Source: an uncultured bacterium
Lineage (GTDB): Bacteria; Desulfobacterota; Binatia; HRBIN30; CADEER01
Direction: 5' to 3'
Assembly: GCA_902826395.1 (NCBI GenBank)
Contig: CADEER010000013.1
Coordinates: 6,560 to 70,559, forward strand
Length of the DNA stretch: 64,000 nucleotides
Position 1 is the first letter of the stretch; every line of letters begins with the position of its first letter. Position numbers and translations under genes: made by a program. The notes beneath the pieces are model-generated. The model was not told where the DNA came from and ran no database searches. It saw only the letters and a program-made list of their open reading frames with translations. This document shows, one piece after another, positions 47,248 through 54,872 of this stretch.

Positions 47248-47593
47248 GTACAGCCGCGCAATGGTGCTGGCCGTGGCGATCTCGACCGCGGTGTGCGGCG
47301 CACCTTTCATCGCCGCGGCGGGCGAACCCGTGTCCGCAGCGGCGCTCTACGCCGCCGAATGCGCGTACTGTCACGGCGAACGCGGCGGGGGCAACGGTGA
47401 AGCGGCGGGAATGCTCAAGCCGCCGCCGACCGCTTTCTCCCGCGCCGAGTACTGGAAGACCGCCGATCGAAAGAAGATGGCCGAGACCGTCGCCAACGGC
47501 AAAGCGGGTACGGCGATGATGCCCTTCGGCAACAGGCTCTCCGCCGAGCAGATCGCCTCCCTGGTGGAGTACCTCGCGAGCTTCGCCAAGTAG
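47240..47593 (+). CDS. Periplasmic monohaem cytochrome c
   Basis: Signal peptide, CAYCH haem motif and distal Met in TAMMPFG. Confidence 0.85.
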   Translation: MSEYSRAMVLAVAISTAVCGAPFIAAAGEPVSAAALYAAECAYCHGERGGGNGEAAGMLKPPPTAFSRAEYWKTADRKKMAETVANGKAGTAMMPFGNRLSAEQIASLVEYLASFAK

Positions 47594-47606
47594 GCGCGGC
47601 GCTGCT

Positions 47607-48278
47607 TCAGTGCGCCGGAATTTCGGCGCGAAGCTTTGCCGCTTCTTCGAGCCGATGGGTCTTGCCTTGTTTCTCGGCGATGGCGACCGCCTCGTCGATG
47701 AGGCGCGTGCACTTCTCCGGCTGCCCCTTTTCGAGATAGGTGGCGGCCAGCTCGAGGCGCGCGCCGATCGCGTCGGGGTTCTCTTCGATGGCGCGCTTCA
47801 GAAACGTCTCGGCCTTGTCGAGATCCCCGCCGAGAGCCCACGGCAGTTGGCGATAGAGGCCGCCCTTGGCAGCGAGTCCGTCCGCATGAGCCGGATCGAG
47901 CTCGAGCACGTGGTCGAGACGGCCTTGCGCCTTGTAGAGATTCATCGGGTTGGGAACGGTCCCGGCGAGTAGCTCGAGGCGCCCTTCGGCAGCGAAGACG
48001 ACGAAGTGCGCGTCGGCGTTGTTCTCGTCGAGCGCCAGTGCCTCTTTCGCGGTGGCGCATGCCTTTTCGTAGGCGGCGACCTTATCGCCCTTGGCGTCGG
48101 CGGCTTCCGCCTTTTCGAGGAGCAGTGCGGCGTCGGCGGTCAGGTCGTCGGCGCGGCTGCGGCTGCTGCGCTCGCCGGCGGGGCTCGCCGGGTTGTCGGC
48201 GGCGTGGAGCGATGGGGCTGCGATCGCGACGAGAGCGAACGCAAGAAAGACGCAAATCCTTCGGCGCGGCTGTCTCAT
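47607..48278 (-). CDS. Secreted TPR protein (TatT-like)
   Basis: Signal peptide; TPR-like helices; LPWALGGDLDKA motif. Confidence 0.65.
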   Translation of the reverse strand: MRQPRRRICVFLAFALVAIAAPSLHAADNPASPAGERSSRSRADDLTADAALLLEKAEAADAKGDKVAAYEKACATAKEALALDENNADAHFVVFAAEGRLELLAGTVPNPMNLYKAQGRLDHVLELDPAHADGLAAKGGLYRQLPWALGGDLDKAETFLKRAIEENPDAIGARLELAATYLEKGQPEKCTRLIDEAVAIAEKQGKTHRLEEAAKLRAEIPAH

Positions 48279-48343
48279 TTCGGTCTCGGGCAACTTACCA
48301 GCGGCCCCCGGTTGGTGCAACGCCGGTATGACGGCGCCGGAGG

Positions 48344-49201
48344 CTACGACACGGCTTTCTGGCCGACGAGGGCGGCCGTCGCGTCGAGGGCGCCTATGAA
48401 GGCGAGCACGATCGATGCGAACAGCAGCGGCTGCTCGACGGGGAGGCTGTGGCCGGCTCCGGGCAACATCAGAAGGCGGGAATAGGGGATGGCACGGCTC
48501 ATCTTGACCGAGCCGCCGGGCGGCGTCAGCTGATCGTCCAATCCCTGTACGACCAGCACCGGCATGCGAACCGCGGTCAATTGTTGTGTGAAGTGGTAGT
48601 CGCTGACGGCGCGCGCCGCTGCCGCGTAGCCGGCCGGATCGTTGCTGGCGGTTTGTGCGCCGGCCGCGGCGACGATGTCTGGATGGGCGGTGGCGAAGCC
48701 CGGTGCAAACGAGCGCGAAGCATCGATGCGGCCGAAGCCCTTGGTCTCGACCCGATCGGCCAATCGAAGCCAGTTTGCGGTGGCCTTTTCCGAGATCTCG
48801 CTCGAAGTGCTGACGAGGACAGCGCTGCGCAATCGCTGCGGATGATCCAAGAGGAACCGCTGCGCGATGACGCCACCCATCGAGAGGCCGACCAGATGCG
48901 CACGCTCGATCTCGAGAGCATCCAGAACATGCAGCAGGTCGGTGGCGAACATGGGCAAGTCGTACGGCCCGCGGGGCTTGCCGCTGCGGCCGAAGCCGCG
49001 CACGTCCCAGCGCACGACCCGATGGTGCTGAGCAAGCGTCTCGACGCACGGGTTCCAAAAGCGGTGGTCGTCGCCGAGGCCGTGCGTCAGCACGAGCGGC
49101 GTGCCGTCTCCCTCGGCGCACGCGTACAGGCGTGAGCCCGAGCTCTCGATCGTCAACTCGCGCCGCGTGCCAGTCACGCGCGATACCGTATCCGCGAGCA
49201 T
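48344..49201 (-). CDS. Alpha/beta hydrolase (enol-lactonase-like)
   Basis: HGLG oxyanion motif, WDVRGFG, GLSMG nucleophile, D and GH triad; start 49201 or 49177. Confidence 0.88.
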   Translation of the reverse strand: MLADTVSRVTGTRRELTIESSGSRLYACAEGDGTPLVLTHGLGDDHRFWNPCVETLAQHHRVVRWDVRGFGRSGKPRGPYDLPMFATDLLHVLDALEIERAHLVGLSMGGVIAQRFLLDHPQRLRSAVLVSTSSEISEKATANWLRLADRVETKGFGRIDASRSFAPGFATAHPDIVAAAGAQTASNDPAGYAAAARAVSDYHFTQQLTAVRMPVLVVQGLDDQLTPPGGSVKMSRAIPYSRLLMLPGAGHSLPVEQPLLFASIVLAFIGALDATAALVGQKAVS

Positions 49202-49352
49202 CGCCAGGTCAACTGCAGCTCGACGGCCTTGGGCACATCGAGGCAAGACGCCCGACGCCTGCCTCCTGAAGTTGGCAGATCAGGGAATTCCCTGCCTCCT
49301 CTGATTGGCGCTTCAAGGGGAAGCGCGAGTGCGGTCCCAATCGGATGAACCT

Positions 49353-49370
49353 TTGGCATGTTGGTTGCGT
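49353..49370 (+). promoter_or_regulatory. Sigma54 (-24/-12) promoter
   Basis: TTGGCATGTTGGTTGCGT, with GG and GC exactly 10 nt apart, upstream of an SD-led ORF. Confidence 0.65.
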
Positions 49371-49394
49371 AAGAGGTTGGGGAGGAGACCCAGC

Positions 49395-49607
49395 ATGAAT
49401 CCGCAGGTGATTGTCGAGGTTGTGTCGAGCTCTGCTCTCTTGGGCGGTGCAATGTGGTTGCTGGTGGTCGGCGCGGCGGCGGCAGCCGTGCTGGCAGTCG
49501 TCTGGGAATCGGCATGCCCCGATCCCGTCGAGGCGGAACGGTCTTCTCTGCGCGTCCGTATCCTGCAACAGGCCGCTCGTTCTGCGCTGCGACAAGACCG
49601 GTCCTGA
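49395..49607 (+). CDS. 70-aa single-TM hypothetical protein
   Basis: Strong GAGGAG SD; hydrophobic segment followed by an Arg-rich tail. Confidence 0.55.
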   Translation: MNPQVIVEVVSSSALLGGAMWLLVVGAAAAAVLAVVWESACPDPVEAERSSLRVRILQQAARSALRQDRS

Positions 49608-49650
49608 ACGGCTGCAGCAGACGCGGGCGACTGTGATAGGTTGCGCGCCC

Positions 49651-50421
49651 ATGTTGCTTCCGAACGACATACTGCTCACCGGCAAGGTCGCGATCGTCAC
49701 CGGCGCCGCCTTGGGAATCGGCGCGGCTACCGCCGCGGCTCTTGCGCGGTTTGGTGCCGACGTCGCGATGTGCGACCGCGACGCCGCAAACCTGGAAGCT
49801 ACGCGCGCGGCTGTCGAGGCAAGCGGCCGCGTCGCCATCGCCGGCGTGTTCGACGTGCGCGACGGCACTTCCGTCACCGATTTTGTCGCCTCGGTAGTGC
49901 AGCGCTTCGGGCGTGTCGATGTGCTGGTGAACAACGCCGGCGGCGGGTTTCGCGCCGACCTGATGGACGTGACCGAGAAGGGCATGGACGCGCTGATGCG
50001 CGAGAACTTTTCCAGTGTCGTCGGGCTCATCCGCGCCTGTGTACCGCACATGGGAGAAGGGGCCTCGATCGTCAACCTCACCTCGATCGAGGCGCACCGC
50101 GCCGCGCCGGGCTATGCCGTCTATGCGGCGATGAAGGCGGGCGTTGCCAATCTCACGAAGAGCCTGGCGCTCGAGCTGGGACCGCGCCGCATCCGCGTCA
50201 ACTGCGTCGCCCCTGACGTGATCCCGACGCCGGGCATTGGTCTCGACATACCCGTTCGCACGCCGTTGACGCGTGCCGGCAAGGCCGACGATGTAGCCGC
50301 GGCAGTGATCTTTCTCGCCTCCGAGATGGCGGCCTTCATCACCGGATCGACGATCCACGTCGACGGGGGCAACCTCGCCGCCTCCGGCTGGAGGCGCACC
50401 CCGGACGGCTACGAGACCTGA
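49651..50421 (+). CDS. Short-chain dehydrogenase/reductase
   Basis: TGAALGIG, NNAG, YAAMK and VNCVAP motifs. Confidence 0.92.
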   Translation: MLLPNDILLTGKVAIVTGAALGIGAATAAALARFGADVAMCDRDAANLEATRAAVEASGRVAIAGVFDVRDGTSVTDFVASVVQRFGRVDVLVNNAGGGFRADLMDVTEKGMDALMRENFSSVVGLIRACVPHMGEGASIVNLTSIEAHRAAPGYAVYAAMKAGVANLTKSLALELGPRRIRVNCVAPDVIPTPGIGLDIPVRTPLTRAGKADDVAAAVIFLASEMAAFITGSTIHVDGGNLAASGWRRTPDGYET

Positions 50422-50521
50422 CCCGCATGTGGCCCTTCGGCCGTTTCACGGGCAGCGAAAATCGGCCCCCGGGAGACTGTGGAAAGCCGGCGAGAATGCT
50501 GTAGGATCGGCACCTTCCGTG

Positions 50522-50527
50522 TATAAT
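50522..50527 (+). promoter_or_regulatory. Sigma70 -10 element upstream of ilvB
   Basis: Perfect TATAAT; no clear -35. Confidence 0.4.
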
Positions 50528-50558
50528 CGCCGAACTTGATGTAAGCGAGGACAGTGTC

Positions 50559-52424
50559 ATGCCGACCCTGATGAAGTCGACCAGCACCAAACCGAAGGCC
50601 GATCGCCACCCGTTGGCAGGCACCCAGATGACGGGCGCCGACATGATCGTGCAGGTACTGGCCGACGAAGGGGTAGACACCATCTTCGGATACAGCGGCG
50701 GGGCCATCCTGCCGACCTACGACGCGGTCTTCCGCTATAACGAGGGGCGTTCGGCCGCCGAGGAGATGCGGCTCATCGTTCCGGCGACCGAGCAGGGTGC
50801 CGGCTTCATGGCCGCCGGCTATGCGCGTTCGAGCGGCAAGGTGGGAGTCTTCCTCGTCACGTCGGGTCCGGGCGCCACGAACTCGGTGACGCCGATTCGC
50901 GATTGTCAGGCCGATTCGATCCCGGTCGTTCTGATCTGCGGTCAGGTGCCGCGCGCGGCCATGGGAACCGACGCCTTCCAGGAGGCGCCGATCTTCAACA
51001 TCATGTCGTCCTGCGCCAAGCATGTCTTTCTTCTCACCGACGAGACCAAGATCGAAGAGACCATGCGCAGCGCCTTCGATCTCGCGCGCAGCGGCCGGCC
51101 GGGTCCGGTGGTCATCGACGTTCCGAAGGACGTGCAGAACGCGCAGGTGACGTTCAAAGGCGAGGGGCTGCTGCCGCTGCCCGGTTACCGGGAGCGCGTG
51201 CAGAAGGTCGGGCAATCGCGCCTCGACAACGACGAGATCGAGCATTTCTATCGCTTGCTGACTTCCAGCAAGCGGCCGTTGATCTATTCGGGCGGCGGCG
51301 TCATCAACTCCGACGCGGCGCCTGCCCTGAAGCGCTTTGCCACTCGCTTCCAGATTCCCGTCGTCACGACGCTGATGGGCATCGGCGGCTTCGATACGAC
51401 GCACGAGCTGTCGCTGCAGATGCTCGGAATGCACGGTACGGCGTTCGCGAACTACGCGGTCGAGGATTGCGACTTCCTGATCGCCGTGGGCTCTCGCTTC
51501 GACGATCGAGTCGCCGGCAAGGTGAAGGAGTTTGCGCCGAGGGCGCGTATTGCCCACATCGACGTCGACGCGTCGGAGATCGGCAAGGTCAAGAACGTCG
51601 ACTGGTCGCACGTCGCCGACGCCAAGCGTGGATTGACGCAGCTCCTCAAGGGCGGGGAAAACGTCCGCGTCGACTTCAGCGAATGGACGAAGCGCGTCAC
51701 GGCGCTGAAGAAGAAGCACGCCCTGAACTACAATCGCGAATCAGACGCCGTGCAGGCGGAGTACGTCCTGTCGACCCTCAACGAGATCACCGGCGGCGAG
51801 GCGATCGTCGCCACTGGTGTCGGCCAGCATCAGATGTGGGCGGCGCAGTACATCGACTTCAAGCGCCCGCGACACTTTCTCACGTCGGGCAGTATGGGAA
51901 CGATGGGCTTTGGTCTACCGGCGGCGATCGGAGCGCAACTCGCCAACCCCGGTGCGCTGGTCATCGACGTCGACGGCGATGGCAGCATCCGGATGAATCT
52001 CGGCGAGCTCGAGACGATGACGACCTACAACGTCCCGGTCAAAGTCCTGCTGCTCAACAACATGGGCGACGGCATGGTTCGCCAGTGGCAGGACCTCTTC
52101 TACGCCAACCGCTACTCCGGCACCGACAAGACCCTGCACAAAAAGGATTTCGTCAAAGCATGTGAGGCCGACGGATTCGGCTTTTCGATGCGCGTCACCG
52201 AAAATAAGGAAGTTCGCAGCGCTCTCAAGAAGTTCGTCGATTTCGACGGCCCGGCGTTCCTCGAGGTGATGATCGATCCCACCGCCCATGTGTACCCGAT
52301 GGTTGGCCCTGGGCTCGGCTATCGCGACATGATTACCGGCAAGTACATTCCGAGCCGCGAGCCGGAAGAGGGCGACGACGGCGGCGACGGCGGTCCGTCG
52401 CAAGAGCCCACCGGCTACTTCTGA
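50559..52424 (+). CDS. ilvB: Acetolactate synthase catalytic (large) subunit
   Basis: GYSGGA, TSGPGATN, GQV, RFDDRV, GQHQMW, GTMGFG and TPP motif DGDGS...NN. Confidence 0.93.
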   Translation: MPTLMKSTSTKPKADRHPLAGTQMTGADMIVQVLADEGVDTIFGYSGGAILPTYDAVFRYNEGRSAAEEMRLIVPATEQGAGFMAAGYARSSGKVGVFLVTSGPGATNSVTPIRDCQADSIPVVLICGQVPRAAMGTDAFQEAPIFNIMSSCAKHVFLLTDETKIEETMRSAFDLARSGRPGPVVIDVPKDVQNAQVTFKGEGLLPLPGYRERVQKVGQSRLDNDEIEHFYRLLTSSKRPLIYSGGGVINSDAAPALKRFATRFQIPVVTTLMGIGGFDTTHELSLQMLGMHGTAFANYAVEDCDFLIAVGSRFDDRVAGKVKEFAPRARIAHIDVDASEIGKVKNVDWSHVADAKRGLTQLLKGGENVRVDFSEWTKRVTALKKKHALNYNRESDAVQAEYVLSTLNEITGGEAIVATGVGQHQMWAAQYIDFKRPRHFLTSGSMGTMGFGLPAAIGAQLANPGALVIDVDGDGSIRMNLGELETMTTYNVPVKVLLLNNMGDGMVRQWQDLFYANRYSGTDKTLHKKDFVKACEADGFGFSMRVTENKEVRSALKKFVDFDGPAFLEVMIDPTAHVYPMVGPGLGYRDMITGKYIPSREPEEGDDGGDGGPSQEPTGYF

Positions 52425-52503
52425 TCGGCATCCGTGCGGGCCGGTCGCGGTGCGGCGTCCGGTTCCGTTGCGCGCTTCGGCGTGGTGGACCATCCTGCCG
52501 TCC

Positions 52504-53580
52504 ATGGCTGAGACCCGACCGCAGCTCCTTCCGCTTCCCGCCCAACCCGCCGATCTGCCGTGGCCGACTCGAGAGTGGCCTCGGGCAGAGCTCGATTCGC
52601 GCGTCGATCGCGCCGCTCTCGAGCGCCTGCTCGACCATGCGTTCGGACAACCCGAGCCGGATGATCTCGAACGGACCAACGCGGTCCTGATCGTCCAACG
52701 CGGCGCCATCGTCGCCGAGCGGTACCGCGAAGGGGTCGACGTCGACCGCGCTTTCATCTCGTGGTCGATGGCGAAGAGCATCACCAGTTGCCTGATCGGG
52801 ATCCTGGTGCGCGAGGGGAAGCTCGACATCTCGCAACCGATCCCCGTGTCGGAATGGCCGGTGGGAGACCGGCGGCGACGAATCACCATCGACCAGATGC
52901 TGCGGATGACCGATGGGCTGCGCTTCCGCGAGGCGGAACACCTGGGCGACGGCTCGGTGCGCTACTACCCCGACGACGAGTCGGACGTCATTCCGATGCT
53001 GTTCGGAGCGGGCAAAGACGACGTCGCGGGCTTCGCGGCAACCCTGCCGTACCAGGTCGAGCCGGACGAACGCTGGAACTACAACAGCGGCGCCAGCAAT
53101 CTGTTGTCGCGACTGGTGCGCGACACCGTCGGCGGAGGAGAAGATGAGATGCGCGCCTTCATGCGGCGCGAGTTGTTCGACCGCATCGGCATGAAGACCG
53201 CCGACCCGAGGTTCGACGGCGCCGGCAACTTCGTCGGCTCGAGTCACTGCTACTGCAGCGCGCGCGACTTCGCGCGCTTCGGCTATCTGTATCTGCGCAA
53301 CGGCATCTGGGATGGGGAAGCCCTCCTGCCGCCGGGTTGGGTCGACTACGCGCGCACGCCCACGGCACAGTCGGACGGTCTGTATGGCGCCCACTTCTGG
53401 GTAGTCCCGGGCAGCCTGGGGTTGTTCTACTGCAGCGGGGCTTTCGGCCAGCGCATTCTCATCAGTCCGAAGCTCGACCTGGTGGTGGTTCGTCTAGGCG
53501 TCACGGCGCCCCACAAAGTCGCCGCCGTTGTCCGCTACTGCAAGGAGTTGATCGACGCATTTCGGCCGACCGCAGCCTGA
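52504..53580 (+). CDS. Serine hydrolase, beta-lactamase class C / NylB-like
   Basis: SxxK (SMAK), YxS (YNS) and GAFGQ motifs. Confidence 0.88.
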   Translation: MAETRPQLLPLPAQPADLPWPTREWPRAELDSRVDRAALERLLDHAFGQPEPDDLERTNAVLIVQRGAIVAERYREGVDVDRAFISWSMAKSITSCLIGILVREGKLDISQPIPVSEWPVGDRRRRITIDQMLRMTDGLRFREAEHLGDGSVRYYPDDESDVIPMLFGAGKDDVAGFAATLPYQVEPDERWNYNSGASNLLSRLVRDTVGGGEDEMRAFMRRELFDRIGMKTADPRFDGAGNFVGSSHCYCSARDFARFGYLYLRNGIWDGEALLPPGWVDYARTPTAQSDGLYGAHFWVVPGSLGLFYCSGAFGQRILISPKLDLVVVRLGVTAPHKVAAVVRYCKELIDAFRPTAA

Positions 53581-53589
53581 GAGCCGCGG

Positions 53590-54852
53590 TCAAAAGACGA
53601 AGCTCGCTTCGAACCATGCGCGCCAACGGTCGGGCAATGGCTCGGTGCGGCCGTCGAAGTAGGCGAACTTGGTCAGCACCGTGACATACGGCCCGAAGGC
53701 GCGCTGCAGGATGGCGTCGAGCTCCCAGCCGAGGGAATCACTGCCCTCGTCACTCCAGAACCGGTGGTAGATGAATCCGCTCTTCATGCCCCAGGGCAGT
53801 TGTGGCGTCACGCTGCCGTAGAGGTCCTGCAAGCCATTGGGACCGCCGTTGTCGAGAAAGGCGTCGGCCCAGCCGTTGAACTTGTGCGCCGTGGAGAGCG
53901 GTGTGACGAAACGGGCCTCTCCGTCGTCGGACCCGAGGAGCTCGTAGCCGAGGGCGACTCCGCCGATTCCCTGATAACTGGCGCCGCCTTCGGCAGCGAC
54001 GTAGTGGGCCACGTAGTCGACCGGGTTGTTCGCGGCGTCGGTCTGCGCCGCGTAGGACGCCGCGTAGGACAGCGCCCATGGCGCGGTAAGCGGCTGCGCC
54101 CCGGTGACGCGCAGGCCGTACGAATTGGAGGAATTGCCCGGCGAGTTCTCGAAGTCGAGAAGGTAGGCGAAGGCGGCGATCCGCGCGGTCGGCCACGCGT
54201 CGTAGCCGATGCGCAGCAGATGTGAATCGGATCGAAAGTTTCGCAATGCCGGCGGTCCCTGATTGGCGAAGATGCGAGTCACGTAGTCGATGTACCCGTA
54301 CAGCAGTGACAGATGCTCGACTCCGAGGCTGGTCGAGGCGCGCACGGCGTCGAAGACCTGTTCATTCTGACGCCACGCGACGTCGCCAATGAAGCGATGA
54401 TCGTCGAGCGCCATGCGCTGGCGGCCCACCGTGGCGTCGGCACCCCAAAGCGTGGGGTTCTGGTAGCGCACGAAGAGCTGGTGCAGATCGGTGTCGTCCG
54501 GGTCCGCGATCGGTGTCTGACCGGTCGGCTCCTCGACTGCGTCGAAGTACTGATCGCCATCGATCGCCAGGACATTTTGCAGCTCGGCATATCCCGACAG
54601 TCCGTGGAATGGCTTCGAACCGACGCCGAGAAGCGTTCGTATCGTGTACGCTTGCGACGACTCCAGGGACTCGAAGTCGGCGAGCTCGATTCGCGCTCGG
54701 ACGTTGAGATTCACCTTGTAGTACTCGTTGTCGAGCAGTCGCCGCACTTGATCGCTCGTGGTCGGCGACGGCGCTGGCGGCTCGGCGGCCCAACCGGCGC
54801 ACGCGGCGCACACAACCATGTTGGCGATCGGCCAGCTCCATCTCCACCGCAT
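53590..54852 (-). CDS. Outer-membrane beta-barrel, alginate-export family porin
   Basis: Signal peptide, GRQRMALDDHRFIGDVAWRQNEQVFDA, TAHKFNGWADAF and terminal Phe (ASFVF). Confidence 0.8.
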   Translation of the reverse strand: MRWRWSWPIANMVVCAACAGWAAEPPAPSPTTSDQVRRLLDNEYYKVNLNVRARIELADFESLESSQAYTIRTLLGVGSKPFHGLSGYAELQNVLAIDGDQYFDAVEEPTGQTPIADPDDTDLHQLFVRYQNPTLWGADATVGRQRMALDDHRFIGDVAWRQNEQVFDAVRASTSLGVEHLSLLYGYIDYVTRIFANQGPPALRNFRSDSHLLRIGYDAWPTARIAAFAYLLDFENSPGNSSNSYGLRVTGAQPLTAPWALSYAASYAAQTDAANNPVDYVAHYVAAEGGASYQGIGGVALGYELLGSDDGEARFVTPLSTAHKFNGWADAFLDNGGPNGLQDLYGSVTPQLPWGMKSGFIYHRFWSDEGSDSLGWELDAILQRAFGPYVTVLTKFAYFDGRTEPLPDRWRAWFEASFVF

Positions 54853-54872
54853 GAAACCTTCCTCCGCTCGCT

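Noticed and set aside
52370-52400. GGCGAC/GACGGC short repeats at the ilvB 3' end
   Set aside because: Low-complexity Gly/Asp codons of a protein tail, not a DNA-level element
53590-54852. Alginate biosynthesis/export locus
   Set aside because: No alg genes nearby; the family name reflects fold only
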